DNA of 64,000 nucleotides from Candidatus Geothermarchaeota archaeon. Lineage in GTDB: Archaea > Thermoproteota > Nitrososphaeria > Geothermarchaeales > JDFR-13. Shown piece by piece: positions 28,257 to 38,705 of the stretch. Location of the stretch: NCBI GenBank assembly GCA_015523605.1, contig WAKC01000043.1, positions 47,339 to 111,338 of the forward strand. The letters run 5' to 3'. Below the pieces are notes generated by a model. It worked only from the letters and a program-made list of their open reading frames with translations. It was not told the origin of the DNA and did not search any database. The position numbers and the translations under genes are program-made. Each line of letters starts with the position of its first letter. Position 1 is the stretch's first letter.

Positions 28257-28826
28257 TTGGTAGTTATGAGTGGAAAGACTGATTTAGGAATTTCTGAGAT
28301 TAATAGGAAGTTGTATGCTTATCTCTCTCAGATAATGGGTATCAGAGCCTATGATATTATGGAGTCTCCAGTCTCTGTGAATCCTGAGATGTCCATTGTA
28401 GATGTTGCTAAGATTATGGATGAGAGTGAGAGTGGCGCTGTTATAATTGTTGATAGGGATAAAGCCATTAAAGGTATCATTACATTTAAGGATATAGTTA
28501 CACGGGTTGTTGCAAGGGAGTTGGATCCTAAGAAGGTTAGGGCTGGGGATATAATGACTGAGAATGTATATTTTGTTCCGGCTGATGCTACTCTGGAGCA
28601 GGTTGCTGCTGTGATGCTTAAATTTGGTGTTAGACGTGTACCTGTGGTGAACAAGTTTGGTAAGCTGGTGGGTATAATCAATGCTAGAGATCTAATTGGA
28701 TTTCTAAGTATGCAGAGAGACCTACTCACTAGGGTTATTGCGACTATGGATAGTGAACTTAAAAAGTATGCTGAGGAGGTCGCTAAGAAGAAGGAGGAGG
28801 AAGAAGAGACGGGATTATATGGATAG
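28257..28826 (+). CDS. Tandem CBS-domain protein with helical C-terminal extension
   Basis: DIM..PVSV, GIIT.KDIV, DIMT, VRRVPVV...GKLVGII..RD; tail ...KKKEEEEETGLYG. Confidence 0.88.
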   Translation: MVVMSGKTDLGISEINRKLYAYLSQIMGIRAYDIMESPVSVNPEMSIVDVAKIMDESESGAVIIVDRDKAIKGIITFKDIVTRVVARELDPKKVRAGDIMTENVYFVPADATLEQVAAVMLKFGVRRVPVVNKFGKLVGIINARDLIGFLSMQRDLLTRVIATMDSELKKYAEEVAKKKEEEEETGLYG

Positions 28827-28943
28827 TGCCGACAGGAACGTTGATTATCTCAATGTTATGATAAAGAGTTGACCCGGTAAGCTTCATTTTAATCTAACAT
28901 GTTTCTATTTCTATGTGTTCTATAGCCTAGAGTTATCCATTTG

Positions 28944-29435
28944 TTAGAGGGATGAGAGGGCCTCTTTAAGCTTGTCATATGTTTGATACAAGTGTTCAAC
29001 TATCACTTTTGTCTCTGCTATTATAGGCATATAATTTGTATCTCCAACCCATCTGGGTACGATGTGGATGTGGTAATGTTCTTCGATGCCTGCACCCGCC
29101 GCTTTTCCTATATTAGCGCCTATGTTATATCCCTGTGGCTTCATCGTCATATCAAGTATTTTTATACATAGCTTGATTAGATTTGAAATATCTCGGTCTT
29201 CATATTCATCTAGGTCTAGAGGGGTTGGTGTATGCTTATATGGGGCTATCATTAAATGTCCATTATTGTATGGATACTTATTGAGGATTATGAATGCTTT
29301 TTCACTCCTATATAGTACTAGATTCTCCCTATCGTTGTCTTCTCTAATTACTCTACAGAATAGACATTCCTTTTCCTTAGGTTTTTTTATGTATTCCATT
29401 CGCCATGGGGCCCAAAGCCTCTTCAACAGGACCAC
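28944..29435 (-). CDS. HIT-family hydrolase (Ap4A phosphorylase-like branch)
   Basis: LWAPWR..YI, CLFC, NKYPYNNGHLM, N.G.AAGAGI.EHYHIHIVPRW.GD.NYMP. Confidence 0.9.
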   Translation of the reverse strand: MVLLKRLWAPWRMEYIKKPKEKECLFCRVIREDNDRENLVLYRSEKAFIILNKYPYNNGHLMIAPYKHTPTPLDLDEYEDRDISNLIKLCIKILDMTMKPQGYNIGANIGKAAGAGIEEHYHIHIVPRWVGDTNYMPIIAETKVIVEHLYQTYDKLKEALSSL

Positions 29436-29513
29436 CTTATAAGGTTAATTTATTCAATAGTATTTACGCATATTAGAATATTATGTAAGAGGGAATTATT
29501 AATAGGTGGTGGT

Positions 29514-29795
29514 ATGGAGCTTGGATTTACGGAGTTAATGTTTCTACTCATATTCTTCCTATTATTATTTGGGCCAGATAAACTTCCCGAGGTTGCTCGT
29601 ACAATAGGTAGATACTACTCTGAATTTAATAGGTATAGAAAGGCGTTGGAGGAGGAGTTTAGAAAGGGTATTGAGGAGGGGGAGAAGATGGTCAAGTTTG
29701 AGGAGGAGAAGCCTAAAGATGTACGTCCAGCTAGGAAGGTAAAGAGGAACATCAAGAATGGTGGTGGAGAGGTTAAAGAGGGTAATGGTGAGTAG
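29514..29795 (+). CDS. tatA: Twin-arginine translocase TatA/TatB family subunit
   Basis: G.TE.......LLLFGPDKLPE.AR.IG followed by an amphipathic helix; adjacent to tatC. Confidence 0.9.
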   Translation: MELGFTELMFLLIFFLLLFGPDKLPEVARTIGRYYSEFNRYRKALEEEFRKGIEEGEKMVKFEEEKPKDVRPARKVKRNIKNGGGEVKEGNGE

Positions 29796-29801
29796 CCCGT
29801 C

Positions 29802-30608
29802 ATGTCAGTTGAAGAAGAGGTAAAGGAGGAGGAGCTTACCTTCTGGGACCATCTTGCTGAGCTGGCTATCCGGCTTAGAAGGGTTGTTATATTTGGTTTT
29901 ATAGCTACTGTGGCTTATTTGATTATCCCAGCCTCTCCAGATGATCTCTTTAAAATGGCTAGAGGAGAGGTATATAATCCCCTCTCTCTATATCTCCTTG
30001 AAAGGATAAAATCAGATCTTCTTGAGGGTGTGGCTGATAAAATCGAGCTTATTCCAGGTACATTCGCCGCACCAATAGAGCTATATTTCCAGGCGGCTAT
30101 CGTATTGGGTGTGATAACTACACTCCCCTATCTTGCATATGAATTATATATGTTTCTCGAGCCCGGGTTATACCCACATGAAAAGAAATTTTTAAAGAGG
30201 TTTGTCTTCGGTTTTACAATATCTTTTCTCTTAGGCTCCCTATATGGATACTATGTTATAATGCCGCTTACATTCCGTATACTCCTTATGTTCTCGGGGA
30301 TGCTGGATCTCACTAATTTCTTTAATGTAATGAGCTTTTATGAGCTGGCATTTCTAGGTGTTGTATCCACCGGCTTTGTATTTACATTACCTGTCTTCCT
30401 AGTCCTCGCATTTAAGTTCCAGGTTTTGGAGCCTGATCAACTTGCTGGAATAAGAAGATATTTATACTTCGGGGTATTCTTCATAACGGCACTCTTGACT
30501 CCAGATCCCACACCTATATCAATGCTTCTAATCTCCCTCCCATTTATAATATTATTTGAGATCTCACTATGGATAGGCAGGAGAATAGGTAGTGAAGAGT
30601 CACAATAA
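29802..30608 (+). CDS. tatC: Twin-arginine translocase TatC
   Basis: HL.EL..RL, F..PGLYPHEK, TPDP...SM.......LFE. Confidence 0.93.
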   Translation: MSVEEEVKEEELTFWDHLAELAIRLRRVVIFGFIATVAYLIIPASPDDLFKMARGEVYNPLSLYLLERIKSDLLEGVADKIELIPGTFAAPIELYFQAAIVLGVITTLPYLAYELYMFLEPGLYPHEKKFLKRFVFGFTISFLLGSLYGYYVIMPLTFRILLMFSGMLDLTNFFNVMSFYELAFLGVVSTGFVFTLPVFLVLAFKFQVLEPDQLAGIRRYLYFGVFFITALLTPDPTPISMLLISLPFIILFEISLWIGRRIGSEESQ

Positions 30609-31322
30609 GAAGGTTATTAATAGTGAGCCTATTATGAATATGAATAACCGTTTTGTTTCAGCCACTCCTAATTTAGTAATCTCTTTTAATGGGGTATAGT
30701 TTTTCTGGATGTGATGGCTAAGAGTCTTTGCCAGGGTATCCGCCAACAATATAAGATAGTATTGATTAAGTATGTAGTAAATTGGGATAATCGCGAAGGA
30801 GAATATAGCCGGTATCCATGTATCTATCCTCCCGATTTTGCTCTCGACATATAAGACGCTTGCCAATATGTAAAGAGAGTATATTATCCATATATTGAAT
30901 GTATCTGAAGTTATCTCACCGGCTATAGCTGCTGAGGGGAGGACTAGTGATGTTAGAGCTATAGAGCCTGTAGAGGTCGTTAGCATATCAGTCTTCCCAT
31001 ATAACTTTCTGAGGATAATTGTAATGGTTATTAGAAGGGCTGTGGGTATTAGGGAATATAGAATCTCATATTCTTGTAGGGCTAGGTAGAGGGCAATTAA
31101 AGAGTTTGATGCAAGGGCATATAGAGAAGGTATGCTTAAAAGTTTTTCTGGATGGTAGATTGAGTCTATAGTGAATATTATATGGAAGTTTATCAATAAA
31201 ACAATCAATATTCCCAGTGGATCTGGCCTCCCGGATGTGAAAATGCCTAGGATTCCTGCAAAGAATATAAACCCTACTATGCTTGGTTCAGTAGGAAATT
31301 TATATAACCTCTTTATACTCAT
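30600..31322 (-). CDS. Integral membrane protein, YwiC-like
   Basis: Multiple TM helices; P.E near the N-terminus, LYVE..I and KLG..E resemble the YwiC family. Confidence 0.45.
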   Translation of the reverse strand: MSIKRLYKFPTEPSIVGFIFFAGILGIFTSGRPDPLGILIVLLINFHIIFTIDSIYHPEKLLSIPSLYALASNSLIALYLALQEYEILYSLIPTALLITITIILRKLYGKTDMLTTSTGSIALTSLVLPSAAIAGEITSDTFNIWIIYSLYILASVLYVESKIGRIDTWIPAIFSFAIIPIYYILNQYYLILLADTLAKTLSHHIQKNYTPLKEITKLGVAETKRLFIFIIGSLLITFLL

Positions 31323-32164
31323 TTCTTCCTCTTCTTCTGCTGCTTTTTAGACTCTTTCTTGACGAGCTCCTCCTCCTTCAACATCCTAAACTTTGTGGAT
31401 ATCAAGTTGAAGGAGATTGCACCCAATAAGAATGAGAGGCTTAGGAAGAATATAGCGTTTGCACTGTAATCAAGGGTCTGGTATTGGAAGGTTTCCATTG
31501 AGATACTATCTTTAGGAACATTTATAATTAGCGGTGCCTTAACACTACCCATTTTCTCAAAGCTATTTTTATATACCTCGATTATGAAAGTCACCGGTTC
31601 ATCATTATAATCCAATTCTCTATATGCATATATACTTTTAAGGCTATTTGGATTGTTATACTCATCTCTAAATTCTAGGATTAGACGGTCTACAACCTTC
31701 ATCAGAACGAAATAGAATCGAGTATTTAGCCTACTATTCATTGGCTCTTCTGCATAGTCATACTCTTCTATCAATGTCTCTCCATTTAGGGATAGAGTTA
31801 AGTTATTCTCTATATAGTCCATCCCAATTAATCCCCTATTTATATATCTCTCTGTATAAAGCAGACTTATACCTAGTTCGGGCACCTCTACCTTGATATA
31901 TCCATAAATCTCTCCACCCTCTTCAACGTCTAGATCCATATCTATCGATATTACCCAACTACCCATCCTGTATCCATCTGCATATAATCTAAGTACGGAT
32001 TCCCCTATACTCCTTTCTGAGACGATATATGTGTCGGATATCTCTCGCCATTCTCCTTTCATAGTCTCTACTTTAAATACGTCAGCAAATACGGGTGGTG
32101 GGGCTGAGATTAGTAGAACTGTAAATAATGTAAAAATTATTGGCAATATCTTCATTGCAATCAT
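31319..32164 (-). CDS. Hypothetical exported protein with C-terminal TM anchor
   Basis: Signal peptide, acidic beta-rich domain, C-terminal hydrophobic helix and Lys-rich tail. Confidence 0.65.
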   Translation of the reverse strand: MIAMKILPIIFTLFTVLLISAPPPVFADVFKVETMKGEWREISDTYIVSERSIGESVLRLYADGYRMGSWVISIDMDLDVEEGGEIYGYIKVEVPELGISLLYTERYINRGLIGMDYIENNLTLSLNGETLIEEYDYAEEPMNSRLNTRFYFVLMKVVDRLILEFRDEYNNPNSLKSIYAYRELDYNDEPVTFIIEVYKNSFEKMGSVKAPLIINVPKDSISMETFQYQTLDYSANAIFFLSLSFLLGAISFNLISTKFRMLKEEELVKKESKKQQKKRKK

Positions 32165-32213
32165 AAAAGAATTGGATTCTCTCTATTTAATTATGTTGGT
32201 TTAATTTTTTGAT

Positions 32214-33152
32214 ATGTCATCTGTTGTGGTTGCAAATTGGGATGTCGATGGACAGGCTTCTGCCTCAATGCTTATAAGATCGGGATTTGCTGAGACTGTT
32301 TTCTTTCCTAGTGTTGGTTTTTATTGGTTAGAAGATGAATGGATAGACATTCTTTCCCAATATGAACATATATACATAGTTGATATGCATATCCCCCGTG
32401 TAGACGTTAAAAGGCTAAATACAACATCCTATGTCACAATTTTTGATGATTCCCGGCTCCATCCCGACTACTCAAATTTGAATGTTACGTGTGTATGTAG
32501 TAACAGATTCTCTACCACGTATATTTTAATGGATTATTTGGGTATTGAGCCTGATGTAGACGCCATTCTAGGTATGTACAACGATGTGGGAGATAACATA
32601 CTAACTTCTGAATACTGGGATATATTCAGTAAATATCTTGATAACCTGGATATTACTCTGGAGAATCTCTCACAACTTAAAGAATATTTTAATGCACCTT
32701 ATTATGTGAATGATGTATCCTCCCTCTATAGAAATGTTAAGCTCCTAATTAATAGGAGTTATAGATTAGATTCACTCCCCTATTTCGATAAAATGTTTAG
32801 GATAATAGAAGATAGGGATAGGTATCTGAAGGAGTTGGTGGATAATGTGTCTATAGATGGGGGTTTGGCTATGTTAGAATATGATGGGAAGATGTATGTT
32901 ATAGTCGATTTAGTGAGGGAATTGGCTAGACGATATCCTGATAAAAATATTTTAGTAGCTGATAAAGGCTTTATACCTGGATGTATCTCTATAGCCGTTA
33001 AGTCCAATAGGTATCTGGAGCCCCTGATAAAAAGATTTATGGAGAGGGATCTTCCGGCTGGAGGCGAAGGGTACTTTATGGGTGTAGTCGTTCCAAAAAG
33101 CGAGTATGGGCAGATTTATGAAGAGATTACGAGGTATATAAATATTGGATGA
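32214..33152 (+). CDS. DHH-superfamily phosphoesterase-like protein with degenerate motifs
   Basis: W-D-V-D-G motif I, IVD motif II, FDDS at the DHH position, GM..D.G, C-terminal GGEG in place of GGH. Confidence 0.6.
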   Translation: MSSVVVANWDVDGQASASMLIRSGFAETVFFPSVGFYWLEDEWIDILSQYEHIYIVDMHIPRVDVKRLNTTSYVTIFDDSRLHPDYSNLNVTCVCSNRFSTTYILMDYLGIEPDVDAILGMYNDVGDNILTSEYWDIFSKYLDNLDITLENLSQLKEYFNAPYYVNDVSSLYRNVKLLINRSYRLDSLPYFDKMFRIIEDRDRYLKELVDNVSIDGGLAMLEYDGKMYVIVDLVRELARRYPDKNILVADKGFIPGCISIAVKSNRYLEPLIKRFMERDLPAGGEGYFMGVVVPKSEYGQIYEEITRYINIG

Positions 33153-33616
33153 GTGAAGAGAAAATAAAATTTATATCTAATTTCATCGATGGTTACAGTG
33201 GATATCTGAGTGGGGATGACCTAGAGAGGGTATCCCAATATGTTAGTGAGAAGGCTATAAGGTTAAAAAATGTTTTGTTGAGACTTTTGGCTTATGCACC
33301 TCCAGATGTATCCTCTTATTTTAAGATGTCTTCAGAGATATTGGATGATATATTAAAGAAGCTATCTATCCAGCATGGAACAGATAAGATTAGTAATGAT
33401 ATCGTTGCAAACCTAGTTGAGAAAGATTATAAAATTGTTGAGATAATAGATAAGATATTTAGGATTGTCGATTCACTTGCAGGGGGAGTTCCATATCCAC
33501 TATATAGGGAGTACGCCTCGATGATATATAACCTAGTTGCGAGGTTGAGGACTCTGATAATTGAGAAATCCTCGATTTTGATGTATAATAAATATGATAG
33601 AGGGTTGGGGATCTAG
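33149..33616 (+). CDS. Hypothetical helical protein
   Basis: 155-aa ORF overlapping the upstream gene by 4 nt (ATGA). Confidence 0.6.
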   Translation: MSEEKIKFISNFIDGYSGYLSGDDLERVSQYVSEKAIRLKNVLLRLLAYAPPDVSSYFKMSSEILDDILKKLSIQHGTDKISNDIVANLVEKDYKIVEIIDKIFRIVDSLAGGVPYPLYREYASMIYNLVARLRTLIIEKSSILMYNKYDRGLGI

Positions 33617-34677
33617 CCTTTACTATAAAGCTCCTCCATCTTCTTAATAATAGCCTGCCCCATCTCCTTTGTTCCTACTGGTTCAACGTTATATACCCTT
33701 GCAATGTCATACGTCACATACCTACCTTCCTCAATAACTTTGAACACTGCCTTCTCAATAAGATCTGCAGCCTCCATCTCCCCTAAGTGTTGTAGCATCA
33801 TTACTCCAGCCATTATCTGGGCCGTTGGATTAACCTTATTCTGACCTGCATACTTTGGGGCGCTACCGTGTATGGGCTCGAACATAGCGTATTCATCTCC
33901 TATGTTTCCACTTGGAACTAGACCCAGGCTACCTACTAGCCCGGCTGTTAGATCTGAGAGGATATCGCCTACAAGGTTTGGTGTTACAAGTACGTCATAG
34001 AGCTCTGGCTTAGCCACCAATTGGTAAGCCATGTTATCAACCATATAGTCGTCGGCCTGTATCTCGGGATAATCCTTAGCGACTTCATAGAATACGTCTC
34101 TGAAGAGTCCATGACTCTCCTTCAGGATATTAGCTTTATGAACTGCGGACACCCTCTTCCTACCCATCTTCTTAGCATATTCGAATGAGAATCTGATAAC
34201 CTTCTCAGAGGTTTCCCTTGTCACAATGCCTATCGATTCTGCGGCTATCCTCTCCCTATCTACGGTATTTATCCTATGCTCTATACCTGCATAGAACTCT
34301 TCAGTTCCCTCTCTAATTACGATTAAGTCGACATCTGGGAATTTGGATGAGAATCTGGGAATGGCCTTTGCAGGTCTGACTATTGCATATAGCTTGAAAA
34401 GCTTCCTGATCGCTACATTAACAGATCTATAGCCAGTCCCTACTGGAGTCGTTATCGGACCCTTGTATAATATCTTATTCCTTCTTATACTCTCGATAGT
34501 CTCTTCTGGGAGTGGATCTCCATATTTTTCATATGCAGGTATTCCAGCCTCTTTCTCATCCCATTCGAATTTAAAGTTGTATAGTTCGCCAGCCTTCTCT
34601 AGAATCTCCTTTGCGACTGCTACTAGCTCAGGTCCAGTTCCGTCTCCAGGTACCAAGGTAATTCTATAACTCTTCAT
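33613..34677 (-). CDS. icd: Isocitrate dehydrogenase (probably NADP-dependent)
   Basis: PGDGTGPE, KGPITTP....RSVNVAIR (IDH SxNxxxR), HKANI.K, HGSAPKY; divergent from citrate synthase. Confidence 0.85.
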   Translation of the reverse strand: MKSYRITLVPGDGTGPELVAVAKEILEKAGELYNFKFEWDEKEAGIPAYEKYGDPLPEETIESIRRNKILYKGPITTPVGTGYRSVNVAIRKLFKLYAIVRPAKAIPRFSSKFPDVDLIVIREGTEEFYAGIEHRINTVDRERIAAESIGIVTRETSEKVIRFSFEYAKKMGRKRVSAVHKANILKESHGLFRDVFYEVAKDYPEIQADDYMVDNMAYQLVAKPELYDVLVTPNLVGDILSDLTAGLVGSLGLVPSGNIGDEYAMFEPIHGSAPKYAGQNKVNPTAQIMAGVMMLQHLGEMEAADLIEKAVFKVIEEGRYVTYDIARVYNVEPVGTKEMGQAIIKKMEELYSKG

Positions 34678-34773
34678 ATCAATCTAATATGTATCCTTCA
34701 TTCAAATTATTTAAAGGCATAGATATAATATATTTCATCTTTCATTAAAGGTGGGGTTATAAATTTATATTCG

Positions 34774-35925
34774 GTGATTTCATTGACGGAGGATGTAGTT
34801 GTCCATAAAGGCTTAGAAGGTATCTATGTAACAGAGAGTAGCCTCTCCTATATCGATGGATTGGCTGGTAAGGTCTATGTAAGGGGTTATGACCTTACTG
34901 AGCTTGCTATGAAGTCGAGTTATGAGGAGGTCGCCTACTTACTGATTTATGGGAAGCTACCGAATAAACGTGAGTATTACAATTGGGTGGAGGCTATATC
35001 CAAGAACTATGGTATCGAGGAGGGTATGAAGAAGATTTTACGGGAGATTCCTAGGTGGAATAGCCCCCTCGATGTCTTGAAATATAGTCTCCTCACGATA
35101 GGCTTGTGGGATAAGGAGCAGAATAGACTGGATAAAGATGCTTTATATGATAAGATAGTTAATATCCTGGGTAAGACACCCACGATCCTTGCTGCTTGGT
35201 ATAGGATATCTAATGACCTTGATATTATAGAGCCTAGGGATGATCTAAACTATGCAGCTAACTTCTTATATATGGTTAGGGGAGAACATGTTGAGGAGGA
35301 TGCCAAGGCGCTTGATACAGACCTTATCCTACATATTGAGCATGGTATGAATGCAAGTGCATTCGCCGGGCTAGTAACTATATCCACATTATCTGACATA
35401 TATTCTGCGGTCACCTCTGCAATAAATACTTTGAAGGGTCCGTTACACGGAGGTGCTGCTGGAGCGGCTTTGAAGCAGTTTAGGGAGATCGGAAGTCCTG
35501 AGAATGCCGAGAAATATGTGGAGGAGAAGTTGAGTAGGAAGGAAAGGATAATGGGGTTCGGTCATAGAGTCTATAAGACTTATGATCCAAGGGCTAAGGT
35601 ATTGAAGGAGATGTTGATGAAGATGGATTTGAAGGGCGAGGCTAAGAACCTCTTTGAGATCGCCCTCAGGGTTGAAGAGATCTGTATGGAGAGGCTTTGT
35701 AAGACGAAGAGGATATGCCCTAATGTAGACTTCTATGCTGGAATACTATATGTACACCTTGGATTCCCGATAGAATATGGCCCAGCAATATTCGCTCTCT
35801 CGAGGATAGGAGGTTGGATAGCCCATATCCTGGAGTATCTAGAGTCTCCAAGGCTTATTAGGCCCCGTCATAAATATGTAGGGCCCATAGGTTTGAAATA
35901 TGTCCCTCTTGAGGAAAGGGAGTAG
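34774..35925 (+). CDS. gltA: Citrate synthase
   Basis: KGLEG, EHGMNAS, GPLHGGA, GFGHRVYK.YDPR, PNVDFY. Confidence 0.94.
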   Translation: MISLTEDVVVHKGLEGIYVTESSLSYIDGLAGKVYVRGYDLTELAMKSSYEEVAYLLIYGKLPNKREYYNWVEAISKNYGIEEGMKKILREIPRWNSPLDVLKYSLLTIGLWDKEQNRLDKDALYDKIVNILGKTPTILAAWYRISNDLDIIEPRDDLNYAANFLYMVRGEHVEEDAKALDTDLILHIEHGMNASAFAGLVTISTLSDIYSAVTSAINTLKGPLHGGAAGAALKQFREIGSPENAEKYVEEKLSRKERIMGFGHRVYKTYDPRAKVLKEMLMKMDLKGEAKNLFEIALRVEEICMERLCKTKRICPNVDFYAGILYVHLGFPIEYGPAIFALSRIGGWIAHILEYLESPRLIRPRHKYVGPIGLKYVPLEERE

Positions 35926-36000
35926 GTTTTTCACTCCCTAATTTTTATATTGTATATAACCCTGTTTTTTGGAGTAAATATTTAATACCTCTTTATGTAG

Positions 36001-36930
36001 GTGGTATTGATGGCTCATATAGCTGTGGTGGGTGTTGGTAGGCTAGGTGCATCTATCGCCTATACAATCGCCTATGAACCCTATGTTGATAAGATGACTT
36101 TGGTAGACATTGTCGAGGGATTGGCTGAGAAGGTTGCCGAGGATATATCACATGGGCTTTCCTTACATAGCAGGGATTTCGAGGCAGTTGGATATACTGA
36201 TCCCGGTATGATTGAAGATGCTGATATGATAGTTGTTGTAGCTGGTTTCCCTAGGAAGCCCGATATGAGTAGGAGAGAATTGGCTGGTAAAAATGCTGGT
36301 ATTATAAAGTCTATTGTTGAGAAGTCTATGGAGAAGAATCCAAAGGCCATCTACTTCATAGTGACGAATCCTGTAGATGCATTGACTACTCTTGCAGCCA
36401 AGACACTTGGTGATCCAGATAGGGTTATAGGTACGGGTACGATGCTTGATACAGCAAGGTTTAGATATATTTTGGCTAAGGAGTTGGACGTGCCTGTATC
36501 CAGTGTTGAGGGGTATATAGGTGGTGAGCATGGAGAGGCGGCTGTAGCTCTCTGGAGCACGGTCTACATAGATGGTAAGCACATTGACGAGTTCGACATT
36601 GACAAGAATAAGATTTTCAGGTATGTAAGGGATATAGCGGCCAAGATAATTGCGAAACAGGGTGCTACTCTATGGGGTCCTGCAGGGGCATTTGTACATG
36701 TAGTGAGGGGTATGATGTTAAATACAGGTGCGATTCTATCCTACGCTAGGCCATACAAATTTGATAATGTTCCAGAGCCTGTCTATCTAACTGTTCCAGC
36801 CAGAATTGGGAGGGGATTGAGAGAAGATATATGGAATAAGCTGACAGATGAGGAGAAAGAGGGTATTAAGAAGGCAGCGGAGGCTATATATAAGACTTAC
36901 CAAGAATGTCTAGAGGCGCTTAAAGACTAA
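36001..36930 (+). CDS. mdh: Malate dehydrogenase (LDH-like MDH family)
   Basis: G.GRLG, AG.PRKP.MSR (Arg specificity residue), TNPVD, LDTAR, GEHG. Confidence 0.85.
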   Translation: MVLMAHIAVVGVGRLGASIAYTIAYEPYVDKMTLVDIVEGLAEKVAEDISHGLSLHSRDFEAVGYTDPGMIEDADMIVVVAGFPRKPDMSRRELAGKNAGIIKSIVEKSMEKNPKAIYFIVTNPVDALTTLAAKTLGDPDRVIGTGTMLDTARFRYILAKELDVPVSSVEGYIGGEHGEAAVALWSTVYIDGKHIDEFDIDKNKIFRYVRDIAAKIIAKQGATLWGPAGAFVHVVRGMMLNTGAILSYARPYKFDNVPEPVYLTVPARIGRGLREDIWNKLTDEEKEGIKKAAEAIYKTYQECLEALKD

Positions 36931-37676
36931 TGAGTATTAAGCATTGCGGTATTGACTTGAGGATTATTAAGGACGTTTATAACTCCCTTTTTTCTCTATC
37001 TCAAGGCCTGAAAGGCATACACATACCTCTTGAGAAGGCTGACCTGAGTAAATTCATTAGAAATGGTTTTAAGGTCTTCAAGTTTGACTGTTTAGATGAT
37101 GTTGTAGAAACAATTAAAGATGAGATTCCTGGAGACATTTTCTATTTAGATAGGTTTGAATCGGGTGTTATAGGTAGGAAGTTGGAGATCGGGAGTCCAG
37201 TGAATAGCATTAAAGATGTGGATTGGTATAACCTAAAGGTCGGACTCACCTATGCTGATTTCTTGGCTATAGACACAGGCTCTCTACTTTTAGTTGAGGA
37301 TGAGATTTTGACGAATATTACTAGCTATCCCGAGAAGTTATATGTAACCGTGTCTTCTAGTAGATTGTTAAATAGTTTCTTGAATTCATTCGATATAATA
37401 TATAACCTAAATAGAGTTTTTGAAAATAGATTTCTAATTAGGATTGTTAATGCACCTAGTAGAACTGGGGATATAGAGAAAAAGATCGTGTTTGGGGCTC
37501 ATGGACCTAGGGATGTAAACATTTTCATATATAATGATGGCATAGAGCTTCACCATATTTTGGCCAGCTATCTAACTCTCAGATTTTATGAAAAAGAAAT
37601 GTGTATAAGGAGGTATGGATATACTCTCGACCATTTCTTGAACATATATAAAGGGTATAAAATAGTAATGGAGTGA
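36930..37676 (+). CDS. lutC: LUD-domain protein (LutC-like)
   Basis: GLT.AD..AIDTGSL, APSRTGDIE...V.GAHGP. Confidence 0.8.
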   Translation: MSIKHCGIDLRIIKDVYNSLFSLSQGLKGIHIPLEKADLSKFIRNGFKVFKFDCLDDVVETIKDEIPGDIFYLDRFESGVIGRKLEIGSPVNSIKDVDWYNLKVGLTYADFLAIDTGSLLLVEDEILTNITSYPEKLYVTVSSSRLLNSFLNSFDIIYNLNRVFENRFLIRIVNAPSRTGDIEKKIVFGAHGPRDVNIFIYNDGIELHHILASYLTLRFYEKEMCIRRYGYTLDHFLNIYKGYKIVME

Positions 37677-37730
37677 GGTGTATAAATCCTAAATATTTTT
37701 CCCTCTATAAGATACTACATCCCTATATTT

Positions 37731-38705
37731 ATGTTGATGAATAGTTCTTACAGGCTCCCAGAAAGTATCTTAATAGTTAGGGATAATATATTGAAAAAGA
37801 TGCATCCTCTAGGTCTATCAACTAGTGAATGTGGCTCATGGTGTATAGACGGGCCTAAAGATACGATTTTATATAGTGGATGTCTTTATTCGACGATGGA
37901 GATTGTATATTCAAAGGAAGCTCTATTGCATCTCGTTACATCATCACCCGACAAGAAGTTAACACCTAAATTGGCTAGGATGTTTATGGGTCTAGGGCCT
38001 CTGTATAAGATGGTGGTTTCCAAGAAGGATGGCAAGATTTATGAGATACCAAGAAAAGCTCTAGAGGTTTTGAAACAGATGGGTATGGAGGTTGGTTGTC
38101 TAAAGGAGGAGCCATATGTAGGTGTTTTACTATATGAGCTCGGTTTCCACAATGAATTTAAGGAATATGTGAATAGGGTTTATCAGCTGTTTAAGAAATA
38201 TGGTGTTAAGAGGATAATCACTTTGGATCCTCATACCTATGAACTACTCAAATATGTCTATCCAAAATACATAATGGATTATGATCTTGAGATCCTCAAT
38301 ATTCTGGATATAGTTATTCAGGGGCTCAGGGATGGTAGACTTACCATCGGTGGAGCTTCAAAGGATTTGAAGTATGTGTTCCATGATCCCTGTCATTATT
38401 CCAAATCACGTTATAGGAAGATTATAGAGGAGCCTCGTAAGGTGATGAATTCCCTGGGATTAAGAACTGTCGAGTCTAGAAAGAGTGGTGAGACCTCGAT
38501 GTGCTGTGGGGGGCCTATAGAGACTTATTTCTCAATGCTTGCTAGGAGGGTAGCTGAAGCGAGATATAAAGATCTTGTCTCTACAGGCGCTGATAAGATA
38601 GTGGTTACCTGTCCCATATGTCTATCGAGTTTCTTAACTGTTTCGAAGGATGAATCAAAGATTGTGGATCTTATCGAACTTATTTACGAGGGTTTGGAGA
38701 GATGA
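37731..38705 (+). CDS. lutA: CCG-domain Fe-S protein (LutA/GlpC-like)
   Basis: YSGC, FHDPCH, CCGG, TCPIC. Confidence 0.75.
   Translation: MLMNSSYRLPESILIVRDNILKKMHPLGLSTSECGSWCIDGPKDTILYSGCLYSTMEIVYSKEALLHLVTSSPDKKLTPKLARMFMGLGPLYKMVVSKKDGKIYEIPRKALEVLKQMGMEVGCLKEEPYVGVLLYELGFHNEFKEYVNRVYQLFKKYGVKRIITLDPHTYELLKYVYPKYIMDYDLEILNILDIVIQGLRDGRLTIGGASKDLKYVFHDPCHYSKSRYRKIIEEPRKVMNSLGLRTVESRKSGETSMCCGGPIETYFSMLARRVAEARYKDLVSTGADKIVVTCPICLSSFLTVSKDESKIVDLIELIYEGLER

Noticed and set aside
28837-28857. Hairpin AACGTTGA-N5-TCAATGTT between convergent genes
   Set aside because: A weak AT-rich stem with no guide-RNA boxes; at most a terminator element.
36001-36930. Calling this gene lactate dehydrogenase because lut genes follow it
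   Set aside because: The substrate loop has Arg (PRKP), the MDH signature, and citrate synthase lies directly upstream.
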